Assembly: GCA_964430105.1 (NCBI GenBank)
Contig: CAYSEF010000003.1
Coordinates: forward strand, 12,317-76,316
Reading direction: 5' to 3'
From: an uncultured Ruminococcus sp.
GTDB lineage: Bacteria > Bacillota > Clostridia > Oscillospirales > CAG-272
Length of the DNA: 64,000 bases
Position numbers and translations under genes: made by a program. The notes under the pieces are model-generated. The model saw nothing but the letters and a program-made list of their open reading frames with translations, did no database searches and was not told where the DNA came from. This document shows positions 1 to 8,316 of this stretch, piece by piece (position 1 is the stretch's first letter; the number at the start of each line of letters is the position of its first letter).

Positions 1-432
1 TTCGGTATAGCCCTTGAGATATCCGAGAAATCCGCTTGATTTTATCTTATAGTAAGTTATCATCACGAATACGAGTATAGCCCAGCCTGCAACAGTGTTC
101 AAATCTGCTGTCGGGGGGTACATACCGAGCAGTGATGAAAGTGATGAAAGTGCGGAAAGACTGAGAATAGCGGCGATAAACGGTGCGAAGTCCATAAATT
201 TTTCGCCCATATTACTTCTTACAAGTCCTTCTACCTTTTCGACGATCCATTCAGCGATAATCTGTCTTTTTGAAGTAGGTCGAACCTTGAGGTCATGCGT
301 AAGAACAAGACACAATATCGCTATAAACAGTATGACTATCCAAGAATTGACCTGTGTTTCTGTGATAGGTATTCCACCGAAGACAGGTATTTCAAAATAT
401 ATTTTTGCACCTGTAATATTGATACTATCCAT
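1..432 (-). CDS. atpB: F0F1 ATP synthase subunit a, N-terminal part (gene continues beyond the left window edge)
   Basis: The minus-strand frame is open from the window edge to an ATG at complement 430-432. It is absent from the ORF track because it has no stop in the window. My translation is MDSINITGAKIYFEIPVFGGIPITETQVNSWIVILFIAILCLVLTHDLKVRPTSKRQIIAEWIVEKVEGLV..., a typical N-terminus and first TM helix of Firmicute F0 a subunits. The start lies 1 nt downstream of the stop of the AtpI-like ORF, the classic atpI-atpB order. The + ORF 95..475 is its shadow. Confidence 0.7.
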   Translation of the reverse strand, partial: MDSINITGAKIYFEIPVFGGIPITETQVNSWIVILFIAILCLVLTHDLKVRPTSKRQIIAEWIVEKVEGLVRSNMGEKFMDFAPFIAAILSLSALSSLSSLLGMYPPTADLNTVAGWAILVFVMITYYKIKSSGFLGYLKGYTE

Positions 433-433
433 A

Positions 434-1036
434 TTAACCTCTGTTTTTTGCGTCTGTGTTATTTCCGTTCGCTGATTTTTCTTCACCCGGAACTGTGCCC
501 TTGTAGAAGCCCTTCATGAAGGTTTCCAGTGCATCATTTTCCTCGTCCTCATCGTCGTTTGGAAGATTACTTGCGTTATTTGAAGCTTCTGTGGCATCAG
601 TTGAATCGTTTTCGCTGTTTTCATCGCCGTTACCCGAAAGGTGTTGCTTTCTTGACACTGCAAGATTTATCAGGTTTCGTGCGGTGATAACTATTCTCGG
701 AAAGAATACCGATGCTACAACCGGCACCCAATGTATCCAATCGACAATCAGAGCTACTACCATTACCGCAAGCATTACCACTGTTCTTCCGAGATAGGAT
801 GAGCGCATTTTCAGCTTTGCGGTACTTTCATCTCCTGTTTCGAGAGCTTTAATTACTCCGATGGACATGAAAAAGAAATTTCCGAATGCGAGTAGCCAAC
901 CAATTACTCCACCTATGACAACAGTAAGATCAAAGCTTCCTGCGATAAGAAAACCAAGCATTATGATGGCAGTGCATACAAGACAGCCGACAGCCATTGT
1001 CCGTAGGTCATTGCGTACTTCTTTATCGAGTTTCAA
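434..1036 (-). CDS. AtpI/AtpZ-like small membrane protein with a long acidic C-terminal tail
   Basis: 200 aa. Residues 1-130 form about four hydrophobic helices (AVGCLVCTAIIMLGFLIAG, VVIGGVIGWLLAFGNFFFM, VVMLAVMVVALIV, VPVVASVFFP), followed by a D/E/N/S-rich tail. Its position immediately upstream of atpB fits ATP synthase protein I. The function call comes from context only. Confidence 0.5.
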   Translation of the reverse strand: MKLDKEVRNDLRTMAVGCLVCTAIIMLGFLIAGSFDLTVVIGGVIGWLLAFGNFFFMSIGVIKALETGDESTAKLKMRSSYLGRTVVMLAVMVVALIVDWIHWVPVVASVFFPRIVITARNLINLAVSRKQHLSGNGDENSENDSTDATEASNNASNLPNDDEDEENDALETFMKGFYKGTVPGEEKSANGNNTDAKNRG

Positions 1037-1201
1037 TGTGCGGTCCTCCGAAAAATGATATAATGTTATTGTACCATATATTATTATATCATTTTTTTAA
1101 GAAATTGCAACAATTTTTGCTTTTTGGAGACTTTTAAGAAAATATCAAACGCAGAAATTTTTGTGAAAAAACTCCCCCAGGTAGGAGGAGTTTTATAGAT
1201 A

Positions 1202-2302
1202 TTAGTTTGCGAGTTCGTCAAGCAGTGCGTAATTTTTGGCAAAAATAGCCTTCTTCTCAGCGATGAACTCATCCATTTCAGCAAGCTGTTCTGCTGTATA
1301 TGCATCTGTCATGCCGGGCTTAAGAGTACCCTTATATCTGCGGTCGAGTACCTGTGACCAGCCGATTCCGCAGGTTTTGATTTCACCACAGCGTTCTACA
1401 ACGATAATATCGGAGTGACCTGCGAGAAGTTCTTCAACTGCACGAGCACCCATACGAGTTGCGAGAAGTCTGTCGGCAAGTGTGGGTACACCACCACGAA
1501 CGATATGTGCAAGACGACAGAATCTTGCCTCAACAACAAGACGGTCGTTATTTTCGTTTGCTGCAAGTTCCTTTGTAGCTGCTGTAATCTTCTTAGCAAG
1601 AGCTTCGCCCGCTTCGGGGAATGCTTCGGAAACGATGATAAGGAAGCTACGCTGACCTTCGCGACGGAGACGGATTATCTTTTCGATAGTTGCATTTTCG
1701 TCAAACGGACACTCGGGAATAACAGCCGCAACAGCACCGGAGGCGATAGCTGTATTAAGAGCGATATCACCTGCGCCTCTGCCCATAACTTCTACGATAT
1801 TGCAACGAGCGTGAGATTCACAAGTATCACGGAGCTTATCAACATTGTCGATAACAGTCTGCATAGCGGTATCAAAGCCAACTGTATTGTCGGAAGCGGT
1901 GATATCGTTGTCTATAGTTCCTGGAACACCGATTGTCGGTACGCCTCTTACAGAAAGGTCAGTAGCACCTCTGAAGGTACCGTCGCCACCGATAGCGATA
2001 ATTCCGTCGATTTCATGCTTTTTAAGTACAGAGATAGCCTTCTGCATACCTGCTTCTTCTCTGAACTCATCGCAACGGTCAGAGTAAAGGAAAGTACCGC
2101 CAAGTTGAATTTTATTCGATACTTCACGGTTTGTAAGTTCAATCATTTCGTCGTGGATCATTCCGCGATATCCACCGATTATGCCCATTACTTCGACACC
2201 ACGAGCATTTGCGGTTCTTGTAATGGCGCGGATAGCTGCATTCATACCGGGAGCGTCACCGCCGGAGGTAAGGATGCCTATCTTTCTGAATTTCTGTGCC
2301 AT
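1202..2302 (-). CDS. pfkA: ATP-dependent 6-phosphofructokinase
   Basis: The N-terminus KIGILTSGGDAPGMNAAIRAITR and the motifs GGDGTFRGA and PGTIDNDI are PFK family hallmarks. 366 aa. Confidence 0.93.
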   Translation of the reverse strand: MAQKFRKIGILTSGGDAPGMNAAIRAITRTANARGVEVMGIIGGYRGMIHDEMIELTNREVSNKIQLGGTFLYSDRCDEFREEAGMQKAISVLKKHEIDGIIAIGGDGTFRGATDLSVRGVPTIGVPGTIDNDITASDNTVGFDTAMQTVIDNVDKLRDTCESHARCNIVEVMGRGAGDIALNTAIASGAVAAVIPECPFDENATIEKIIRLRREGQRSFLIIVSEAFPEAGEALAKKITAATKELAANENNDRLVVEARFCRLAHIVRGGVPTLADRLLATRMGARAVEELLAGHSDIIVVERCGEIKTCGIGWSQVLDRRYKGTLKPGMTDAYTAEQLAEMDEFIAEKKAIFAKNYALLDELAN

Positions 2303-2503
2303 GATAATAAATCCTTTCAGATTCTATAATTCCAATTAGTCATATTGTAATACAAATTGCAGAAAAAATCAAGTATAAAATTAAGATGTTCAGAAATTTT
2401 GATGTATTTCTGCCAAATTCCCATGTTGTCGCTGTAAATTTTAGCATTTTTCGGCAAAACGGACTATTATTTCAATATTAGTTTTCAATTCCCTGAAAGT
2501 ATC

Positions 2504-2532
2504 TTGCATTTTTTCGTACATTTATGTATAAT
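2504..2532 (+). promoter_or_regulatory. sigma-A type promoter for proB
   Basis: TTGCAT (2504-2509), a 17-nt spacer, then TATAAT (2527-2532). It lies inside the 5' extension of the tracked ORF, which argues for the downstream ATG at 2585. Confidence 0.6.
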
Positions 2533-2584
2533 ATGTATGTTATTTATTATTTTTATACGCCGTTTTGCGGCTGAAAGGTCGATT

Positions 2585-3352
2585 ATGCGAATCGTTGTCA
2601 AGGTAGGTACATCCACCCTCGCTCATAAAACAGGTCAGCTCAATATAAGACATATCGAAAAGCTGTGTAAAGTCCTGTCGGATATAAAAAATGCGGGAAA
2701 TGAAGTGATTCTTGTATCCTCCGGTGCTATCGGAATGGGTATGGGCAAGCTGCAGTTGAGAGAACGCCCGAAAACTCTGCCTGAAAAGCAAGCCGCCGCT
2801 GCTGTAGGTCAGTGTGAGCTGATGTATGCGTACGACAAGCTTTTTTCGGAATACCATCATACAGTAGGTCAGATACTTTTGACAGGTGCTGACGTGCGTG
2901 ATGAACACCGCTGTCAAAACTTTATCAATACAACAGAAAGACTTCTTGAATGGAACGCACTTCCTATCATCAATGAAAACGACACTGTCGCTACGGATGA
3001 AATCGTCATTGGAGATAACGATACTCTTGCTGCTATCGTTGCAACCTCTATTCATGCTGATCTTTTGATACTTCTTTCAGATATAGACGGACTTTATACT
3101 GCAAATCCGCGTGAGGATTCTTCTGCTACTCTTATTTCAGAGGTGCGTGAGCTTACCGCTGAGATACTTGCATCGGCAGGTGGAAAAGGCTCTGAAATCG
3201 GTACAGGCGGTATGCAGACGAAGCTGACAGCCGCAAAGATGATCATGGATTCAGGCAGTGATATGGTCATAGCTAACGGAGAAGACCCCGCTATACTTTA
3301 TGATATTATCGAAGGAGCAGGCGTCGGCACGAGATTTATCGGAAATAAATAA
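2585..3352 (+). CDS. proB: glutamate 5-kinase (short form without PUA domain)
   Basis: MRIVVKVGTSTL...VILVSSGAIGMG...INENDTVATDEI..GDNDTLAA is the amino-acid kinase fold signature of ProB. I moved the start to the ATG at 2585 because the tracked start at 2504 is the -35 hexamer. The 255-aa length implies no PUA domain. Confidence 0.88.
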   Translation: MRIVVKVGTSTLAHKTGQLNIRHIEKLCKVLSDIKNAGNEVILVSSGAIGMGMGKLQLRERPKTLPEKQAAAAVGQCELMYAYDKLFSEYHHTVGQILLTGADVRDEHRCQNFINTTERLLEWNALPIINENDTVATDEIVIGDNDTLAAIVATSIHADLLILLSDIDGLYTANPREDSSATLISEVRELTAEILASAGGKGSEIGTGGMQTKLTAAKMIMDSGSDMVIANGEDPAILYDIIEGAGVGTRFIGNK

Positions 3353-3387
3353 TCCTGCTTATATTATTTGAGGTCTATAGTATTATT

Positions 3388-4971
3388 ATGAAGAAAATAT
3401 CTTATAAAATTACTGCATTTTTGCTTTCCGCACTTCTCGCTGTGCCTGCTAATGCACTTACTGTAATTGCGGATAATACACGGACATACAGTGGTGAATT
3501 TACCGATGTTTCGGAATCGGCATGGTATTACGATTATGTGGTTGACGCATATTCTCTTGGACTTATAAATGGCAAAACAGCAACGACATTTGCACCGGAT
3601 CAAACTCTTACTATCGCTGAAACTATAAAGCTTGCTGCGTTGACTCATCAAATACTGAAAAATGGCACTGTTAATGAAGCTGCTTTTGAATCTGCAAATT
3701 CATCTCACTGGTACGATGGTTATGTGAGCTATTGTATCGCAAACGGTATCGTGACAGAGGAGTATGAGAATTATAATATTGCAGCCTCAAGAGCACAGGT
3801 GTCTATACTTTTCTCTCGTTCCGTTATTTCGTCAGGTGTGGATATCAAGGAAATCAATCCACTCGCATTTGGTGATCTTTCGGACGTTGACAGCTCGATG
3901 TGGTACGCAGGTGCAGTTTACAGAATGGTTCGTTGGGGAATTCTCTCCGGCGATGCAAACGGTAATATAAAACCCGAATCAAGCGTAAAGAGAAGCGAAA
4001 TTTCAGCTATTTTGATGCGTATATTGGATGAGGACGAAAGAGTATTGCTTGGTGGAGCAAAGGCTGATTCTGACAGTTCAGATAAAAAAGCAGACCAAAG
4101 TGGCGATGCAACGAACGTCGATGCGAATTCCGGCGTGACAGGCTCATCTGTAACTTTATACGAAGGCAGCCGTGACAAAAAATCATTTACGGGTATAACA
4201 GGCTTTGCAGGTGAATTTACCGTTGAAAATGGTGTTTCCACTACTGATGCGGAATATTCTCTTGATCTTATCAATTCACTTGTTCTGGAAGAAGATAATG
4301 TTTCATTCAGACTTTATACAGGTTCCGGTTATGAAGCTCTCGGCATTGTGCGTGGATGGTTGAATGAATCTGCAAGAGGCAAGGACGGAGCTACTTTACA
4401 TGAAAAAAACGATGTATTCGAGGCTGTAAATGAGCTTTGCTATATTTGGGTCGGCAGAGAGCGTGTTGTTATTTCCGAATTGTGGTACGCAGATCACGGA
4501 GAATACACTACATATGCAATGTATTTTGAGGATGAAATAGACCTTAAGAAAGCCGACAGCGTAAGTATTTCAGTTGGCAGACTGGAACGAAGCATTCTCG
4601 AGGGTGCAGATATGGAATCCCTTGCCGATCGAATAGAAAAGGCGGACAAGGAAGGCGTTATTTCACCCGATACTGATATACCTGTGTCAGACAATTACAC
4701 TGTTGCAATAGCTGATGCAAAAGAAAACGCCACAAAGATATTATTTGAATATGAATGTGAACGCTGTGATATTCTCTATGGCAGGGGATTGTACGGACGT
4801 GAGAGTGATTCATACAGACTGCTGTTCATTTACAAAAACGGAACAGTACAAACTGTAGCTACATCTGAGCTTGACGATATTCGTATAAATTCTGCCGGAA
4901 ATGTGCTTTATTACAGTGTCACTGCACCTGATGGAAAAGTTTTACAGTACGGTATCAATTTCGGCGATTGA
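3388..4971 (+). CDS. secreted cell-wall protein with three N-terminal SLH domains and an uncharacterised C-terminal domain
   Basis: It has a signal peptide (MKKISYKITAFLLSALLAVPANA) followed by three SLH-like units (FTDVSESAWYYDYVVDAYSLGLINGK..., SSHWYDGYVSYCIANGIV..., FGDLSDVDSSMWYAGAVYRMVRWGILSGDANGNIKP...). A D/S-rich linker and about 270 aa with no motif I recognise follow. Confidence 0.8.
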   Translation: MKKISYKITAFLLSALLAVPANALTVIADNTRTYSGEFTDVSESAWYYDYVVDAYSLGLINGKTATTFAPDQTLTIAETIKLAALTHQILKNGTVNEAAFESANSSHWYDGYVSYCIANGIVTEEYENYNIAASRAQVSILFSRSVISSGVDIKEINPLAFGDLSDVDSSMWYAGAVYRMVRWGILSGDANGNIKPESSVKRSEISAILMRILDEDERVLLGGAKADSDSSDKKADQSGDATNVDANSGVTGSSVTLYEGSRDKKSFTGITGFAGEFTVENGVSTTDAEYSLDLINSLVLEEDNVSFRLYTGSGYEALGIVRGWLNESARGKDGATLHEKNDVFEAVNELCYIWVGRERVVISELWYADHGEYTTYAMYFEDEIDLKKADSVSISVGRLERSILEGADMESLADRIEKADKEGVISPDTDIPVSDNYTVAIADAKENATKILFEYECERCDILYGRGLYGRESDSYRLLFIYKNGTVQTVATSELDDIRINSAGNVLYYSVTAPDGKVLQYGINFGD

Positions 4972-5013
4972 GCGTTTCAGTCGATAGTAGTACCTTTTGA
5001 ACAGAATAAAAAA

Positions 5014-5059
5014 ATCCCGTGTTATCCTGCCGTTTTCGGCTTGATAGCATGGGATTTTT
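5014..5059. terminator. bidirectional rho-independent terminator between convergent genes
   Basis: The arms ATCCCGTGTTATC (5014-5026) and GATAGCATGGGAT (5043-5055) pair over 13 bp with two G-U pairs. An A-run lies on the left and a T-run on the right. Confidence 0.8.
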
Positions 5060-5075
5060 GCGTTATTTTAGGTAA

Positions 5076-7079
5076 TTATTCCACATCTTCCGGTAGTATC
5101 ACACGCTCCTTTAATACAACAGCAGTGCGTGCGGGCAGATATAATTCAAGAAAATGTCTGTCATCGAACATTTTTGTGGAATATGTGATATGCTCAATTC
5201 TGTTCCAACCACCGTATTTTTTGTCATCTGTAGATAAAACTACCGTGTATTCACCGGGCTGTGGTACGGGGATCAGCAGATTTGTGAAGGATTGTGTCGG
5301 ATTGAAATTGAAAGCGAACAGCAGACCGTGACGATAGAATACAAGCACCTTTTCGGGACTCTTGTTCAGCATCAAATCTCCCATTTGCTGACGGAACATA
5401 TTGTTCTCTTTTGTAACCTCTATCATATCCTTGTCGAAGTCACCGAGCCAACGATACTTGAGAAATCCATTGTCAAGCAGACTCCATTGACGACGGCAAT
5501 ATTGGAAGCTCCAGTCATTTCCTTCGCGCGGAAAATCTATCCATTCAGGATGACCGAATTCGTTTCCCATGAAGTTGAGATATCCTTCGCCTCCACCGCC
5601 AAGAGTGAACAGTCGTATCATCTTGTGCAGAGCTATAGCACGGTCGATAATCTCGTTGTGACAGCTTTTGTCCATGTCTGTGTACATTGCAGCATCTGCA
5701 AGACGGAATATCATTGTTTTATCTCCAACCAACGCCTGATCATGCGATTCCACATACGCAATAGTTTTTTCACCCGGACGACGTAGACACATATCGCACC
5801 ACATATTGTAGATATCCCAATCATCGTCAGATTTTTCTTTGACCGTCTTTATCCACATATCCGGAAGACCCATTCCGAGTCTGTAATCAAAGCCGATTCC
5901 ACCATCTTCGATGGGCAGACACATACCGGGCATACCCGACATATCTTCTGCAATGGTTACAGCGTTAGGATTTACTTCACGAATCAGCTCATTTGCAAGC
6001 TGAAGATAGGTTATTGCTTCTGTGTGCGTGTTCATTGAGAAGTATTTGCTGTTGTCATCGAAATCTGAGCCAAGTCCATGGTCATGGTAAAGCATGGAAG
6101 TAACTCCATCAAATCTAAAGCCGTCGAAATGATACTCCTCCATCCAGAATTTGAGGTTCGAGAGAAGAAAATGAATCACTCCGCCACTGCTGTAATTGAA
6201 GCATTTTGTTCCCCATGCCGGATGTTCGCCCTTTTCGCCATCGTGGAAAAATTGCCAAACAGTTCCGTCGAACATATTTATTCCCTCTGCTGTATTCTTT
6301 GAGGCGTGTGAATGAACAACGTCAAGAAGAACACGGATACCCATTTTATGTGCCTTATTGACAAGATATTTCAGTGAATTGGGTTTTCCGAACCATGATG
6401 AAGCAGCGTAAAAATTCGATACCTGATAGCCAAAGGAGCCATAATACGGATGTTGCATTACAGCCATGAGCTGAATAGTGTTGTAGCCTGCTTCTTTGAT
6501 GCGAGGAAGAATTTTGTCGGCAAAGCTACGGTATGTACCGATCTTACATTCCTCCTGCGCCATACCTACATGAGCTTCGTAGATATAAAGCTTGTCATCG
6601 CCGACAAAATTTTTGTCAGTCCATTTGAAGCTTTTGAAGTCATCGTTGACTTCTGCCGTGAATGTGAGAGTTTTTTTATCCTGCACAACTCGACGGGCAT
6701 AAAGCGGAATATGTTCGGTGAGTGACATATTTGCATCAACGACAGTCTTGACCTTGCAGCCTTCCCAGAGAGCATCGTCTCCTTCAAGATACAGCTCCCA
6801 GTTTCCGTTTCCGATATTTTTCAGCGGATGACTTGTTTTGTTCCAATCGTTGAAATCACCCTCAAGATAAAGCTGATGTGCGCTTGGAGCCCATTCACGA
6901 TAATACCAACCTCCATCAACGTGGTGGAAGCCATAGTAGTTGTGTGCGTTAGCAAAGTCATACAGTGTCTGACCTTGTGAGAGAATACGTTTTTTAGTGT
7001 CATGATACAGAGCCATTCGCAGGTCTATATCGCTTGAATATTGTACAAGTGCGGGATTCAGTTCTAAGATACGATACAT
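5076..7079 (-). CDS. glgB: 1,4-alpha-glucan branching enzyme, GH13 (eukaryote-like subfamily-8-type motifs)
   Basis: Motifs present are GYNTIQLMAVMQHPYYGSFGYQVSNFYA, VLLDVVHSHASKN, GFRFDGVTSM, AEDMSGMPG and ESHDQALVGDK. The start is set at the ATG at 7079 (MYRILEL...), preceded by AAGGAAGGTGAATTT. The tracked start at 7148 has no RBS. Confidence 0.9.
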   Translation of the reverse strand: MYRILELNPALVQYSSDIDLRMALYHDTKKRILSQGQTLYDFANAHNYYGFHHVDGGWYYREWAPSAHQLYLEGDFNDWNKTSHPLKNIGNGNWELYLEGDDALWEGCKVKTVVDANMSLTEHIPLYARRVVQDKKTLTFTAEVNDDFKSFKWTDKNFVGDDKLYIYEAHVGMAQEECKIGTYRSFADKILPRIKEAGYNTIQLMAVMQHPYYGSFGYQVSNFYAASSWFGKPNSLKYLVNKAHKMGIRVLLDVVHSHASKNTAEGINMFDGTVWQFFHDGEKGEHPAWGTKCFNYSSGGVIHFLLSNLKFWMEEYHFDGFRFDGVTSMLYHDHGLGSDFDDNSKYFSMNTHTEAITYLQLANELIREVNPNAVTIAEDMSGMPGMCLPIEDGGIGFDYRLGMGLPDMWIKTVKEKSDDDWDIYNMWCDMCLRRPGEKTIAYVESHDQALVGDKTMIFRLADAAMYTDMDKSCHNEIIDRAIALHKMIRLFTLGGGGEGYLNFMGNEFGHPEWIDFPREGNDWSFQYCRRQWSLLDNGFLKYRWLGDFDKDMIEVTKENNMFRQQMGDLMLNKSPEKVLVFYRHGLLFAFNFNPTQSFTNLLIPVPQPGEYTVVLSTDDKKYGGWNRIEHITYSTKMFDDRHFLELYLPARTAVVLKERVILPEDVE

Positions 7080-7155
7080 AAATTCACCTTCCTTGCGTGG
7101 CATATTTTTCCAACAGGGCATAGACGAGAGGGGGGTGTTAATTAGCAATTAGTAA

Positions 7156-8259
7156 TTAAAAACGATAGTTAGTAGGTGATTCTTCAACAGAGAAGCCGGA
7201 AAGAATATCTTCATTCACTTCAACATCGTCGATATAGGCTTCAATATACTTTGTGAAAAGCGACTGTCCTACAAGTGTGTCATAATTAGGGAAGAAGTCA
7301 GAGTTTGCATCTTCATTCCATGGAGAGGCATCCATTTCAAGTCGCATGATATAATGAGTGCCGACATCGGATTCAACCTTTACATAACTGCCGATTTCAA
7401 GATTGAACGCAGAACCAACTACTTCGTCTACAAAATCAATATCACGAGTGAGGTAATAACCGTTTTCGTAATTTTGATCTTCTGAATAGGTTGTGTAAAC
7501 TGTTTCAAAATCGTCACCGTTTGAGAGAGCAGTATCTATTTTTGCAACTACAGCATCCTTTTCAGCTTGCTCATCTGCTGTCAGTGTTCTCTTTTGATAC
7601 GAACCGTCTGAGCTTGTTACGACATAACCGTCATCGTCAAGCACATAGTCATATTTGTTGTTTACATAGATATGGCGTACACGAACATAGTTTTCATTCA
7701 GATATTCCGATCTGGCTGTATCGGTAATACCTATTTCACCGTTTGAGCCATAAAGAGCAGTATAAAGTGCTGAACCCCGCTCATCACGGAGATAGATATT
7801 GCGGAGCATATTGTAGTTTACACCATATGCAGAGAGTGCCTGATTGAACTGAGCCTTTGAACCGCCGGAGTATTCCGTTACAAAATCAGTGAGGTATTCG
7901 TCTATCACCTGAACCGTACTGTTTGATACAGTAATCCCTTTTTCTTCTGCAATAGTGTCGCATATCAGTGACATTTTAACATTGTGGACTACTGCATCAA
8001 AGAGGTATTCTTCAGCAGTCATTCCGCTATCGCCAAGTGTAGAGCTATAGAAGGCCGAAGTATCCTTGAAATCAGAGTAGCTTTGCAAAAAACGTGCCTT
8101 ATAGGTGGCAAGATAGTATGTGAATTCGTTCTCACTGATAGAGTTATCCTTGTATGTGAAAACAGCTTCGCTTGATGCACATGACGTAAGTAGAAGAAGT
8201 GATGCAGCGGCTGCGGAGATGAGTTTGGATGTTTTTTTCACGTTGTTTATCGCTTTCAT
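7156..8259 (-). CDS. lipoprotein, PrsA/SurA-like (putative peptidyl-prolyl isomerase/foldase)
   Basis: The lipobox is LLLLTSC|ASS. Its size, its position directly after mfd, and a C-terminal VRVRHIYV...GYYLTRD...GTHYIMRLE segment resemble a parvulin-type PPIase. The family call is tentative. Confidence 0.5.
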   Translation of the reverse strand: MKAINNVKKTSKLISAAAASLLLLTSCASSEAVFTYKDNSISENEFTYYLATYKARFLQSYSDFKDTSAFYSSTLGDSGMTAEEYLFDAVVHNVKMSLICDTIAEEKGITVSNSTVQVIDEYLTDFVTEYSGGSKAQFNQALSAYGVNYNMLRNIYLRDERGSALYTALYGSNGEIGITDTARSEYLNENYVRVRHIYVNNKYDYVLDDDGYVVTSSDGSYQKRTLTADEQAEKDAVVAKIDTALSNGDDFETVYTTYSEDQNYENGYYLTRDIDFVDEVVGSAFNLEIGSYVKVESDVGTHYIMRLEMDASPWNEDANSDFFPNYDTLVGQSLFTKYIEAYIDDVEVNEDILSGFSVEESPTNYRF

Positions 8260-8316
8260 GTGTGATTTTTTTCGATTTTATACACTATTATACACTACAT
8301 AAATGAACAATTTATA

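Noticed and set aside
95-475. A 126-aa + strand ORF lies at the left edge.
   Set aside because: The opposite strand encodes a recognisable ATP synthase a-subunit N-terminus that is translationally juxtaposed to the atpI-like gene.
1415-2329. A 304-aa ORF on the + strand covers almost all of pfkA.
   Set aside because: The translation is Cys/Ser/Thr-rich and low-complexity, with no RBS or motif. The minus-strand product has complete PFK signatures. It is an antisense shadow ORF.
2504-2584. 5' extensions of tracked ORFs: proB 2504, rlmA-like 16010, GT2 16908, sleB 18810, ADH 60319, tepA-like 48531, argC 53441, glgB 7148 and GH 38359.
   Set aside because: The extensions begin at non-ATG codons or lack RBSs, translate to implausible hydrophobic or Cys-rich peptides, and in several cases contain the gene's own promoter. 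Downstream ATG or TTG codons with good RBSs give canonical N-termini.
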